Shown: positions 1-13,628, numbered from the stretch's first letter. The stretch: DNA of 64,000 bases from Basidiobolus meristosporus CBS 931.73 (GCA_002104905.1 MCFE01000447.1:9461-73460); one strand, 5' to 3'. Notes: generated by a model not told the origin, from the letters alone. Made by a program: numbers and translations.

Positions 1-2983
1 CAAAGGCAACAGTAGCCTGCTTTGCAACTACTCCAAAAGGAAAGGACACACATCAGAGTGGTATCTAAAAGAGTGAGATAATCAGCAAAAGAAGCCTCAA
101 TGTGGAAATGCTGCAAAAACAAAAGACAGACTATTCACATGTGCACTAAATATGACCACAGGCAAGGATTTTCAGATGTGGCACACTGACTCTGGAGCAT
201 GTCAACACCTACATACCAAAAAGAACTTTTTACCCAACATCATGAAATTCCAATCAAGAAGGTTTTCATGGGTGACTTTGGTACACATTGATGCAGTGGG
301 TGAAGGTACTATCCAAGTAAACCTTAAAAGCAGTGAAGGAAGCAGTAAACTGACCTTCAAAGATGTACTCTGTGTACCAAAATAGTCAAGAACCTACTAT
401 CTGTAAGCAAGACCACTGCAGAAGAACTCAGTTTCAGCTTTGTCAATTCTGGATGCAGGATCACTGATTGAAATGGTGCCCATGTTGCTTTGGGTATCTG
501 ACATCAGAGTTCATACAAGTTGACTTATATTCCATCATATCTGAAAGCCAATACAAGTAACTTAAATGAAGAAACACCAATGTTTTGGCACAGGATAATT
601 GGAGATATCAATCTTGATTACGTGAGCCAAATGATCAAAGATCAGCTAATTTCCAAAGCAAAAATTGCTCCCCCAGCTGATTTGGAGCACTGTGAAGCCT
701 GCATATATGGGAAACAGGCCAGATACTGCTCAAGAGCTCTGGGCTAATCAAAACTAGGAAAAAACTAGATCTAATTCACTCAGATCTGTGTGGAATTATG
801 AAAAATATTTTCTTAGGCAGGATGAAGTATTTAATCACCGTTATTGATGATTATACAAGATACACATAGGTCTACATCATGGAGAGAAAGAAGGAAGCTC
901 TGTCTAAGTTCAGGGAGCTTAAAGCCCTGGCAGAGGGAGAAACTGGTGAAATAATCAAGAAAATGCACTCTGATAAGGGTGGAAAATATACCTCAAAGCT
1001 CTTCATGCACTTCTGCAAGATTCATGGAATGAAGCAAGAAACTACTATTCCATACTCCCCACAGAAAAATGGAGTAGCAGAATGTGCAAACAGATCAATA
1101 ATTGATGTGACAAGATCAATGATCTGTGATCAAAAGATGTCCTATGATTTTTTGTCAGAGTCAGTTGCCACAGCTATTTACCTTAAAAATAGGAGTTATA
1201 GCAGAATACTTTGTGATTAGACTCAGCTAGAAGCATAGTATGGATACAGACCAAGTGCAGAACTTCTAAGAATAGTTGGGTGTACAGCATTTGCAAAGAA
1301 ACTGCATGGAAATCAGTCAAAACTTGAGCCAAAAAGTGTAAAATGCATATTATTGTGTCACTGCAATGAGAGTACAGCATAAAGACTCTACAATACCAAA
1401 GCAAAGAAGCTGATCAAGTACAGGGATGAGTTGTTTGATGAAAATTCAAGATATTTACAAAAAATGACATCAGATGATGATGAAAATTTGATCTCAAGTC
1501 CACCAATAGTCAGGATTGAATCAGAGCTAAACAATGAAAATTTTTTCACTCCAGAGATCTCTACAACTGCGATTCAGCCAGAATCAGTGCAGTTCAGGGA
1601 TCTGCAATGACTGAGCAATATCAGGTCCTAATGGAAAATCAAACTTGGGACTTAGTCAAATTACCAACCAATCAAAAATCAATTGTATGCAGATGGGTCT
1701 TTAGGACAAAGTATAAGGCTGATGGGACAATTGAAAGATACAAAACAAGACTGGTGGCCAAAGGATACTCTCAATCAAAAGGACTTGACTATGCTGTGAC
1801 TTTTGCACCAGTAGACAAGTTCAATTCCATTAGCTTGATATTGGCTATTGCAGCTAAATACAAGTGTTTAATACATCAAATATATGTAAAAGCTGCAGTT
1901 TTCAATGGATAACTTGATGAGGTTATGTATATGGACCAGCCTGATGGGCCTGTTAACCAAGATAATCTCCCATTTGGTCTGCAAGCCTAAAAAACTTCCA
2001 TATTGTCTCAAACAATCTCTAAGAGCCCAGAATTGCAAGATAGATTCTTATTTGGGATCTTTGAATTTCAAAAGAAGTAATGCCAAATATGGTATATACT
2101 ATAAGCCAGATAGAACAAATCCAGTTCTATTAGCTCTATTTGTGGATGATCTTATTATAGCTGCCAATAACCTAGAGACATTGAAACAGACTAAATCCAG
2201 TCTATCTAAAGAGCTCAAGATGTCCAATCTAGGACAACTCAGTTACTGCTTAGACATATAGTTCTCCATAGACAGAGGTACCCAGACTATTGCCCTAAGC
2301 CATTCCAAGTATATTCAAGATAAGTTTGATATATATTATGCTTGGAAAATATCCAGATATCTCATATTTAGTGGGAGTTGTCAGCCAGTATAATGACAAC
2401 TGGGACCTGATCACATTGCAGCAGTTAAGGAGATTTGTAGATATATAAAAGGAACTGTTGATAACTGCTTAAGATACACTTATAAGGTTTCAAAACAGGA
2501 TCTTGTTGGATACTTCAATGCTGATTGGGGACAAAGCTTATACAACAGAAGATCCACCACAGGATATACCTTTCTTTATTGTCAAGGAGCAATTTCATGG
2601 AATTCAAGAATGCAACCAACTGTAGTACTCTCCACTACAGAGGCAGAGTATATGACAACCTGTGAAGCAACAAAAGAAGCAATGTGGTCAAGAAAGCTTC
2701 TGATAGATTTCAACCTACATCAAAAATGTCCATTAATTTATTTCAAGATAATTAAGGATGTATATAATTAAGTAGAAATCCAACTTTTCATGCCAGGACC
2801 AGCATGCAGATACTGGAGATCATTTCATATGGGAAACTTAGACAATGACTTGTTTATCTCAGTTTACTGTCCTTCAGATGAAATGATTGCAGACATATTT
2901 ACCCAACCATAAGCTAGAGACAAGTTTGAATATCTTAGGTCAAAATTAGGACTAGTCAGTATGAACATTTAGCAGAGTGGGAG
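1..2983 (+). pseudogene. Decayed Ty1/copia (family B) gag-end/PR/IN/RT/RNaseH, running off the window start
   Basis: Fragmented ORFs with copia motifs WHTDSGACQH, CEACIYGKQ, PQKNGVAE, CRWVFRTKYKADG..ERYKTRLVAKGY, LFVDDL. Purine tract AGAGTGGGAG directly precedes TGTTGT at 2984. Confidence 0.9.
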
Positions 2984-3181
2984 TGTTGTAAAAGTTTGTA
3001 ATTCCGCCTAAATATTCACCTAACTTAGTCCCTCAGATCCTTACCTTCAATCCTGGAGAATACTGTCCAAATTCCTTGTTGGGACTTACTTTGAATAATT
3101 TTACCAAAATACCTTGTATCCAGGACATGAAAATTCACAAAGTTGTTCAAAGAGCTACAAGCTTTGCACACATGTTCTTGG

Positions 3182-6100
3182 TGTTGTAAGAGTCTTAGAG
3201 ATATGGGAAGTAATTGGGAATACAAGTAAACTATGTGGCTTTTACTTAATGACTTATTGAATGTAAACCTAGCATTTATACTTTTACATGGTATTGCATT
3301 ACAGACATGTAGAATAGGTTAAGGAAGCTCCCAAGAGCATGTGTGCAAAGTGTGGGGCTGATTGGACAACTTATCTAATTTCATGGTATGGGTACCTGGC
3401 ATTTTGGTGAGAATAATCTAAGTAAATCCTGACAAGGAATTTGGTCAGTATTCTTTAGGATTTGAAGGTTATGATCTAAGTGACTTAATTAGGTGAATAT
3501 TTAGGTGGAATTACAAATCTTTACAACACTCCCACTCAGCTAAATGCTCATACTAGCTAGTCTGCACTTTGACCTAAGATACTCAAGCTTGTCTCTAGCA
3601 AATGGTTTTGTAAATATGTCTGCAATCATTTCATTTGCAGGACAGCAAACTAAGCTAACTAAGTTATTCTCTATAGCTTCACATATGAAATGATGTCTTA
3701 TATCTATGTGCTGAGTTCTAGCATAAAAAGTTAGATTTCTACTTAATTGTATATATCCTTGATTATCTTGAAATAAAGTAATAGGCGTATTTTGACATAT
3801 GCCTAAATCTATAAAAAGCTTTCTTAACCACATTGCTTCTTTTGTAGCTTCACAGGCTGCCATGTACTCTGCCTCTGTGGAAGAAAGTGCTATGATTGGT
3901 TGCCCTCTTGAGCTCCATGAAATTGCTCCTTGACAGTGAAGAAAGGTGTATCCTGTGGTGGATCTTCTGTCTTCGAAATTATGTCCTCAATTAACATCAG
4001 AGTATCCTGCAGGATCCTGATCTGAATCCCTATAAGTGTATCTTCAGCAGATATCAGCAGTTCTTTTTGGATATCTAAAAATCCGCTTAACTACTGCAGT
4101 ATGATCTGATCCATAGTTCTGATTATGCTGGCTGACAACTCCCGCTGAATATGAGATATCTGGATGTGTTCCAAGCATGATATATATCAGACTGCCAACC
4201 ATAGATTGATAAGGAAAGTCAGGGTTTGCAGAGGGCACCAAGCTCTCTTGATTTGGTTGACTTTTGGCCAAATCAATGTTTCTCTCCAATGGGGTAGCTG
4301 CCGGTTTACAGTCTTTCATTTCATGTTTTCTTGGTATATCCTGAATATACTTGGATTGGCTTAGGGTGATAGTCTGGGTACTTCTGTCTATGGAGAACTT
4401 TATACATAAGTAGTAACTGAGTTCTCCTAGATTGGACATCTTGAACTCTTTAGATAGGCTGGATTTAGTCTCTTCCAATGATGCTAGGTTATTGGTGGCT
4501 ACAATAAGATCATCCACATATAGAGCTAATAGAACTGGATTTGTTCTATCTGGCTTATTGTATTTGCTATTGTCAGCCTTACTCCTTTTAAACTCAAAGA
4601 TCCCAAATAAGAATGTATCTTGCAGTAGCAGGCTTTTGGTGATTGTTTGAAGCCCTATAGAGATTTTTAAGCTTGCAGACCAAATGGGGGCTATCTTGGT
4701 CCACAAACCTCTCTGACTGGCCAATACACACATCCTCATCAAGTTCTCCATTCAAAAATGCAGCTTTTACATCTATTTGATGAATAAATAACTTGTATTT
4801 GGCTGCAATAGCTAATATCAATCTGATGGAGTTAAACTTGGCTACCAGTGCTGAGGTCTCAGTATAGCCAAGTCCTTTTGTTTGAGAGTATCTTTTGGCC
4901 ACAAGTCTTGCTTTGAATCTTTCAATTGAATCATCAACATTGTATTTTGTCTTAAAGACCCATCTGCATCCAATTGATTTTTGGTTGATTGGTAATTTGA
5001 CTAAGTCCCAAGCTTGATTTTCCATCAGGGCCTGATATTCCTCTGGCATTGCAGATCTCCAAAACTTTGTCTGAGGGCTATTTAGGGCCTCTTTTACAGT
5101 CAGGGGCTCATCAATATGGACTGAATAGGCATAGGCTAAGTTTGTACCCTCATTGATGTAGTAACTTGGGCTATTTCTTGTGTGGTTGAAACTTCTGGCA
5201 TTTGATACTGAAATGATCACTTCTGGGATATTCCTAAGTACTGATTCTGGCTGAACCACAGTTGTAGAGATCTCTGGAGTGAAAAAATTTTCATTACTTA
5301 GCTCTGATTCAATCCTGGCTATTGGTGGACTTGAGATCAAATTTTCATCATCAACATCTGATGTCATTTCATGTAAATATCTTGAGTTTTGATCAAACAA
5401 CTCATCCCTGGACTTGGTCAGCTTCTTTGCTTTGGTATTATAGAGTCAGTAAGCCTTACTCTCATTGCAGCAGCTCAAAAATATGCATTTTACACTATTT
5501 CACTGAAATTTTGACTGATATCGAGGCAGTTTTTTGGCATATGCTGTACACCCAAATATTCTTAGATGTTCTGCACTTTATCTGTAGCCATACCATGCTT
5601 TAAATGGAGTAGAATCACAAAGTATTCTGTTATACTCCAATTGTTAAGGTATACAGCAGTGGCAACTGATTCCACCCAAAAATCATAGGATAATCTTTGA
5701 TCATAGATCATAGATCTTGCCATATCAATTATTGATCTGTTTGCATATTCTGCTACTCCATTTTGTTGTGGGGTGTATGGTACAGCAGTTTCTTTCTTTA
5801 TCCCATGAGTCTTGCAGAAGTGGATGAAGAGTTTTGAGGTATATTCTCCGCTGATGTCAGAGCGTATTTTCTTGATTTTTTCTCCAGTTTCTCCATCCAC
5901 CATGGCTATAAACTCCATGAGCTTAGACAGAGCTTCTTCCTTTCTCTCCATGCAGTAGACCCATGTGTATCTTGTATAATCATTGGTAAAGGTGATTAAA
6001 TACTTCATCCCACCTAAGGATAAATTTTGCAAAGGTCCACACAGATCTGACTGAATTAGATCTAATTTCTTCTTACTTTTGATTAACCCAGAGCTCTTAA

Positions 6101-7848
6101 ATGGTTGTCTGGCTTGTTTCCCATATATGCAGGCTTCACAGTGCTCTAAATCAGCTGGGGGATCAATTTTTACTCCAGAAGTTAGCTGATCTTTGATGAT
6201 TTTGTTCAAATATTCAAAATGGATGTGCCCAAATCTCCTGGGCCAGGGCATTGTTGTTTGTTCATTTAAGTTACTTATACTGGCTTCCAAATATGATGGA
6301 ATATAAGTCAACTTATACAGATTCTGATCTCTGATACCCACAGCAAAATGGGCACCATTTTGATCAGTGATCTTGCATCCAAAATTGTCAAAGCTGAAAC
6401 TGAGTCCTTCTGCAGTGGCCTTGCTTACGGATAGTAGGTTATTGACTATTTTTGGTACATAAAGTACTTCTTTAAAGGTCAGTATGTGGCTTCCTTTACT
6501 GCTTCTAGGTTTATTTGGATAGTTCCTTCTCACACTGCATCAAGTGTCCTATTGTCACCCATGAAAACCTTCTTAATTGGAATTTTCTGATATTGGGTAA
6601 AAGTTCTTTTTGGCTTGTAAGGTGTTGACATGCTCCAGAGTCAATGTACCACATCAGGGAAGCCTTGTTTGTGGTCATACTTAGTGCAGATATGAATAGT
6701 CTATCTTCAGTTGTTGCGGCATTTCCATATTCAGGCTTCTTTTGCTGATTATCTCTCTTTTTGCAACACCAGTCTGATGTGTGTACTTTCCTTTTGCAGT
6801 AGTTGTAAAACAGATTGCAGTGGTCTTTGTAGGGCCTTGAGTACTTCTTTTGTTGGTTATTACTGCTTATTACAGAATTTTTGTCTTCCTTCTTATTGGT
6901 GCTTGATTTTTTTAATTCTTTGTCCAGGAGCCTTCCATATATGTAATTTAAGGTCAAATCTTTAGTTCTAGACTCTAGGGCTGATACAAGGCCCTGAAAC
7001 ATGTCTGTTGGGCTATTCAGGATGATAACTACCACATCTTTATCAGTAGTTGGTATACCCACAGATTCCATTTCATCTACCAGCAGGGTAATTCTGTTAA
7101 TTAGATTTTCATTTCATCTGCTGGCAGAATCTTTGCAGTAAAGAATTTTTGTCGCAGACAAATTTCCTTAGTAGCTGAACATGACTGGTAGGTATTTTCT
7201 AATGCCCTCCAGGCATTCTTTGCTGTTTTTGCTCTTGAGCATTGAATTAGCAATTTGGCTTTAACATCAAGGCAAATGCAGTTAAAGGTGCTTTGTTCTT
7301 TGTTCTGGTACTTTAAAGCTTCCTCTCCCACATTTTTAGGAGGGCATTCTTCTCCCATGACAATATTGCAAAGGCCTCTTTCTTGTAGCAGCATCTTCTT
7401 CTTCACCTTCCACACTTGGAAGTTAGATCCATCCAACTTTTCTGCAGAGGGAAAAGTTCCAGTAATAGCAGTAGTAGACATTGCAGAGAGTGACAGCTTG
7501 GGGCTCATACCCTGTTGTAAGAGTCTTGGAGATACTGGAGGTGATTGGGAGGACAAGTAGACTATGTGATATTCACATAATGATATATTGAATATAAAAG
7601 TACTATTTATACTTTTACATGGTCTTGGCATAAAAAGCATGCAAAATAGATTTAGGAAGGTCCCAAGAACATGTTTGCACAGTTTGGGGCTGTTTAGACA
7701 ACCTTGAGAATTTTCATGTTTTGGGTATCTGATACTTCTAAGTAAATCCCAACAAGGGATTTGGTCAGTATTCTCTAGGATTTGAAGGTAATGTTCTAAG
7801 TGACTAAGTTAAGTGAATATTTGGGTGGAATTACAAATTTTTACAACA
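3182..7848 (-). mobile_element. Full-length decayed Ty1/copia (family B)
   Basis: LTRs 3182-3528 and 7513-7848 (TGTTGTAA...TTACAACA, ~80% identical by eye). 5-bp TSD CTTGG. PBS-like GGGTATGAGCCC (7512-7501). PPT GAGTGGGAG next to 3528. Confidence 0.93.
3540..7481 (-). pseudogene. Frameshifted copia gag-pol
   Basis: ORF pieces 7101-7640, 6511-7071, 5562-6533, 4594-5400, 4044-4751 and 3540-3863 carry gag (KLDGSNFQVW), PR (WYIDSGA), IN, RT (YVDDL) and RNaseH (ADIFTK) motifs in copia order. Confidence 0.92.
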
Positions 7849-8049
7849 CTTGGGACCTTCCTAAGCCTATTACACATATTTGCAATGTCAAGACCATTTA
7901 AAGTATATATGCTACTTTTGCATACAATAAATCATGAAGTGAAACCACATAATCTACTTGTCCTCCCAATTACTTTCAATATCTCCAAGACTCTTACAGC
8001 CACTGCTGCTGTTGAAGGGTGTTTGGTACCTCCTTTGCTGGCTATTATT

Positions 8050-8401
8050 GCCTAATAATGCATTTTCTTTTTCTTTAAACCTACAGATTCTATCCCATTT
8101 ACCAATAGAATGAGTATGCCAAATAGACTTTTATTTCTTCTCCTGAACACTTCCTGTTAGTGAAGAACTTCCTTCTAGAATAAATTTTCTTAGCAGCAGA
8201 GCATAACTAGTAAGTGTCTTCTAATGTCTTCCAGTCATTCTTTGCTGTTTTTGCCCTTGGAAGTTGAATTAACAATTTGTATTTAATATTTATCCCAGTG
8301 CAGTTAAAGGCACTTTAGGGCTCCCTCTCCATCAATTTTAGGTGGGCATCCTTCTCCCATGACAACATGCCAAGTGCCTCTTTCTTATAGCAGCATCTTT
8401 A
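8050..8401 (-). pseudogene. Copia gag fragment
   Basis: Similar by eye to gag 7100-7400 (e.g. GGGCATCCTTCTCCCATGACAA). Cut by the gypsy LTR at 8402. Confidence 0.65.
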
Positions 8402-9629
8402 TGTTACAAGTCTTGGTATAGGAGTTGTAGAGGAATAGGGAGTTTAACTAGTATTGTATTCACTAAAACTTGAAATGATCTTTATTGAGATTCCAGCATC
8501 TCCTTATATACAATTTGCCAGATCAATTGCTGACTAATTGTATTTCCTAATGTAGGCTGTGGCCAATGACTCATTTGATTGCATCATCATCACCCAATAA
8601 GATTCTACCTAATATATCTATTTCTGTCTGATAAGGATCTGCTTATTCATTTGCTGACTAATGTTACTGATTTGATAAGTAATACTGATATACTGATAAC
8701 TTAAACAAATAACTAATTGATTTGACTAAAAACTGATCTAACTTAAACATTCAAGCGGCATATCATAACATTCTCCCCTGTGAAAGTTGAGAGGGTTCTC
8801 CTGAATCTCTTTTCTTGTGATACCAATACCTTGATGGTTCAGTATTATCAGCAAGTCTTGCAAGCTTGAGTCTGTCCCTATGCACTAGACTTGTTCCATT
8901 GTACCATGCCAGAGCGCGCGGTGCACTCCATGGTTGTAAAGAACAATTGGGCGCAATATTATAGCGACCAGAAGGCAGGATTGTTCTTGGACAATTTTGC
9001 ACTATGCAGGACAATCTCACACACTATGGCACAATCTGACACAACAAGGTTGGCACAGATCATTGTGCCAACTTGTAATGTTTGCATCACGTGCGCAACT
9101 GGATACCGCTATGATGGCAGGTAAAATCTGGTATTTGGATATGTTTCTTTAATGTAAATGGAAATAAATGTGTATCACACTATAAACTACACTGATACTT
9201 ACCATGTTGGTTACCCTCACTCCAATTGGATGGAAACTCAATGGTTAATTGGTCCAAAAGTATCATGAAGCTGGCAGCCCCCAATTGGCTCATTGACTAC
9301 TAAGAAAGCTACCTGATTTGCCATCAAATATCCCATTTTGCCCATTGATCAGGTAAATCCCTGATCCTAGTGATTGGACATGTCATAGCTAGCACACAAG
9401 CAATTGTGTGGGTGCAAAACAGATCCAATAGCTGCACTGGTATTACAGATGACGTGTATATATGCAGGGTGTTTGTTTATAGGGGTTCTGTCTCAAATAT
9501 GAGACAACCTTGATATTACTTATATCAAAAATTTGATGATCACAGATTTGCAATGGCTTAATTTGGATTACAAAAAAAATGGGTTGTTGGGATCATTACA
9601 AATATGAGCAATTCAAAGTGATTGCATCA

Positions 9630-11100
9630 TCTTCTCCTGGGTTTTTTTCTCACAGGGATTACTACTGAAGCATTTGGTAGTAACTCACTTTGCACACCTA
9701 TACTACTTCCTGGCTGACTATCATCTTGGCTACTTGTGTATTTGTAGTCGGTATTTTGCCTCCTAGTTGATGAGTGCAATACCGCAGCTTGGCCGCGCTG
9801 AATTGCTCCAACTGAACCAACTGAACCAGCCTGTAGTGAAACGCGCTGATGTGTTCTTTTACTTGCCAAGGGCTCTGGTGGTTGAGGCACTTCAAGTTAG
9901 TCATCATCAGTCAGTTCACCAGAAGTTACTCACTGATGGTCAGGCAAAACAGCACGTGCAGGTGCACCTTGACGCGCTGAGATGGCCCTTGGCTGAGCTT
10001 GATATGATGCTGCATGTTGACACAACTTGGTCCGCTCCAATGGACTTGTGTCTAAATGAGCAGTTTGGCAAGTTCTTGTAGTTTTGCTCTGAAGCATGCA
10101 AGTTGACTTGGTGCAGGGTGTTCTGGTAAAGGGTGTTGGCATTGTCTAGACTGACATGAGCTGGCGTGCTGTGGTTGCAAGAAATGGTAGGGAATCCAGC
10201 AAGGCGTGCTGGCGCAATCTGAACAATGTTGCTTGTGGTCTGTATTTTTCCTCCTGAAGCGCACCATCTGATTCCTGAAGGTATTCACTTACTTTCTGTT
10301 GGATACTTTGAAGCTGTTGCCTGTATGAATCCTGTGTATATTGCTCTTGGAAGCCACTTAGCTCTACTAATACATCACAAAGTACATTAGTCATTTGAGG
10401 CAAAAACTCATTCAAAATCTCCTTGGTTCCCAAAGTTGAGGTACAAACGGACGCGTCTGGCCCAAACTATGCAAATTGCGCACAAAATTTTTCCCACACG
10501 GCTTCTTTGTCAAATTCCCTCACTTTTAGCTCATTCTTGATTTCAGTACTTGTCTTGTTATATATCTTCTTACATACATTGGCTGGCATCTTGATGTAGA
10601 ACTCATGCCACAGCTTTCTACTCAAATTCTTCCATCTTTGTCAACTCTCTGAGGTATCTAGTTCTGCTAGATTAATCAGTAGTGCCCAAATATCTGTATG
10701 AAGGCTCATCATAGACACTTGTGCCATACTAAAATCATTTGGCAAGAACTCAAACAGATTCAACATTGACTCTTCTGGTCTGGACCGCTCTTGTGAGCTG
10801 GGGGATGGGTTTTGTCTGGGTTGTACTAAAGATGAGTGGAGGCTTGGCATGGGGACTATAGCAACGGATTTGGATACTTATACAGCAGTATATTGGCATC
10901 AACCTGGTCTTATATGAAATATAAATGAAACTAATGTGATTGTTGAATTTTCCATATATTAGGCATGATGCATCTTGGATTACATTGATATGGATCAGAT
11001 CACATCAATCACAGATTTCCTATTTGATTATAAACCTATGATTAAAGCATCAATAAAATACCAAGGCATTGTTTGCGGATGATTTTTGCAACATAATGAT
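9630..11100 (-). pseudogene. Second ORF of the PHIS element, unknown function, several stops
   Basis: Collinear ORF pieces at 10641-10850, 10146-10433, 9930-10142 and 9698-9907. The same peptides recur at 57149-57682 and 57649-57879. Upstream limit is approximate. Confidence 0.7.
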
Positions 11101-11450
11101 GGGATACATGGCAATTGATGGAGATTTAACCATAATGTGTTAAAAATCAGATAAATAACGCAGATTGCGCCAAATCAATTCAAACCACCTCCATACAATC
11201 ATCCACCAATTTTAATATAGCTTACTCATCTGAATGGTCTTTTCTCATCAATCCCATCACTACCACTGGATTTCCTTTTGACACACTAGAGGAGGCCTAT
11301 TCTAAGTACTGCAGACCATCAACCCCAATCTACTAAAGGAGATCCCTTGTTAAGCTTCTCTGCTATTACAAGAGCTATTGCCCTACAAGGTTTCATTGCA
11401 CCATCCATGGCAACAAAAGTCCTAGAAGCTTTCATTCCCAGCTGACAGCA

Positions 11451-12101
11451 ATGGAGAACCACCTTGCAGAGGGTATGAATGACTTAGAGCAAGCTTGGAA
11501 TACTAGGTTCAGAAGCTCCAATAGATTTCCATATCCCAGAGTGTTTAGCAACAGGTTCCATATCAGGAGTATTTTGGATACCTTCCCAGTGAGGATTAAC
11601 AGACCTTCTAGAGGGCAGAGGCACTTCTATTCTGGCAAGTACAAGGCACACTGTGTGAAGTTTCAAGCACTGTCTGACATTGAGGGTAACATCATCTGGT
11701 TTAGTGGGTCATTTGCTGGAAGTAGGCATGACAAAGCACTCTGGGTAGAGAATCATCCTGAATTCAATGGAGGGGAGAAATGTATGGCAGACTTAGCCTA
11801 TATAGGAGAGGATTGTCAGAGATTTGGATGTATCACAGCGTATAGGAAGCCAAGGAATGGTGTGCTTAGCAGGAAGCAGAAGCTCTACAATCAGATATTT
11901 AATCATTTCAGAGTGAGGGTAGAGCACACATTTGGATATCTGAAGAGATTCAGCATATTGGCAGGTAAATACAGAGGAAAGTCATATATAGGAGAAAACA
12001 GCAGAATAGGTAAAATAGTTAAGATACTTATTAATGCACAGTATGCTCATACAAGAAGACATTCACTGAGAGAAATGTGTCTGGAGCATTATGAAGAGTA
12101 A
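11451..12101 (+). CDS. Harbinger/IS5-family (DDE_Tnp_4-like) transposase catalytic region; N-terminal part (~11220-11450) disrupted
   Basis: Motifs LDTFPVRINRP, FYSGKYKAHCVKFQ, GSRHD, MADLAYIG, YNQIFNHFRVRVEHTFGYLKRFSIL. Confidence 0.88.
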   Translation: MENHLAEGMNDLEQAWNTRFRSSNRFPYPRVFSNRFHIRSILDTFPVRINRPSRGQRHFYSGKYKAHCVKFQALSDIEGNIIWFSGSFAGSRHDKALWVENHPEFNGGEKCMADLAYIGEDCQRFGCITAYRKPRNGVLSRKQKLYNQIFNHFRVRVEHTFGYLKRFSILAGKYRGKSYIGENSRIGKIVKILINAQYAHTRRHSLREMCLEHYEE

Positions 12102-13592
12102 ATACAGCAAGGAAAGCACTATTCTGAGCAACATAAGTAAGATTGAGTATAATTACCAGTAACTGTATCATACCACTGGCATCATGGTAGAAATTATAGT
12201 GCCAGATAGTGCCGTAGAGTGCCGGATCAATCCAGCACCATAAAAGGCTGGTACTATGTGGCACTATCCAACGGAACAAGTCTACTAAGTCTTCCCAGAT
12301 ATTGCCTTGTTTTTCCACTAGTTGGTAAGTGGCAAATGGACATTCACCAATGATCTTGAATGGTCCTGTTCATTGTGGCTCAAACTTCTTCCAAGTGTTG
12401 TTTCTTAGCAATACAAAGTTCCCAACTGTCATTGCTTCTGGTGCTATAGTCTTATCAAATCTCTGCTCATCATTTCTGCACTTTGAGATACTTTGGTCTG
12501 AGCCTCTTGATGTCTTTGTTCCAGTTGCTGGTGTTTACTTGGCTAACTAAGTTCATCTTCTAAGGTGTCTGTAAGCTTTGGTTGTGTGTGATCTCCTGGA
12601 ATCCTTGGCTCACATCCATACACTAAGTAAAATGGTGATTGCTGGGTGGTGTTGTGTACTCTGACTCTGCATGCAAAGAGTGCTTGGCCCATATACTCAT
12701 CCCATCTACAGACAACTCCATTTGCATACTTAGTAAGCATTTTTCCAGTTAGTCCATTAAACCGCGCAGTGACTCCATTAGTTCTGGGGTAATATGCCAA
12801 GGTTTTCAAGTGTCTGACCTGCTGCATTTCCAGGTAAGCTTCCAATGTCTTTGCCATAAAGTTTGCACCTCTATTGGATAGATTCTCTACAGGGCATCCA
12901 AACTTCATAAGAATCTCATGGTGTATGAAACTTGCAACTTCTTGCTCACTGGCTATAGGTACAGCTTTAGCCACTGGCCATTTTGTAGCATGGTCAATTG
13001 CTACTAGGATCCAATGGTTGTATTTCCTGGTAGTTGGCAGGCTTCCAATAAAGTCAATTCCACATCTTTCAAATGGTCTTACAGGCTCCAAGGGAAAGAG
13101 TTTAGCAAATCTCTGTGAATGGCCTTGGTTGATTTTGCAATATAGGCATGTTTTCACTAGCTTCTCAGTGTCTTGTCACATTCTGGGCCACCATGCTCTG
13201 GCTTTCACAAGACTATAGGTTCCTGTTGAAATATTGGACTATTTGGTATCATTCAGCAGCTAGAAATTTACTTAACAATTCTAGGCTAGTCTTAGTCACT
13301 GTAGGACTCATTTACTGCCTGAACTTTGCCACTTTCTCCAGATATATGATCTTATGATTATTCCCCTATAGTCAGGATCAAATTAACACTATTACCAAAC
13401 ATTATGTACTAACCCTGAAACTGTTACAGAATGCTCCTGAATATTGAGAAACCCTCCCTACTTAGTGTTGCAGCTGTATTACTTCTACAAAGGTATAAAT
13501 ACTGAGCTTCTTTATGAATAAACAACAGTTCAACAATTATCACTATTTCTTGATAAGTTCCTTATATCCAAATCACTTCTTAAATTGCAACA

Positions 13593-13606
13593 GGTTATGA
13601 GCCCCG
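13593..13606 (+). other. Primer binding site GGTTATGAGCCCCG (anticodon region of tRNA-iMet, half-tRNA type)
   Basis: Immediately follows the 5' LTR and is complementary to CGGGGCTCATAACC. Same type as the Drosophila copia and yeast Ty5 PBS. Confidence 0.85.
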
Positions 13607-13628
13607 ATTGCCTTAATCTATTCTCAAG

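Larger units (their letters stand above)
2984..8001 (+). repeat. 3' LTR of the first copia B copy, split into 2984-3181 and 7854-~8001 by an inserted element
   Basis: The two halves join into the reverse complement of LTR 3182-3528/7513-7848. CTTGG is duplicated at the break (3177-3181, 7849-7853). Confidence 0.85.
8887..12283 (+). mobile_element. PHIS (PIF/Harbinger-related, Pangu-like) DNA transposon, 3397 bp
   Basis: 15-bp TIRs AGACTTGTTCC(A/G)TTG. 3-bp TSD ACT (8884-8886, 12284-12286) restores the gypsy target ATGC-ACT-AAGTC. Carries a DDE_Tnp_4-like ORF and a divergent second ORF. Confidence 0.88.
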
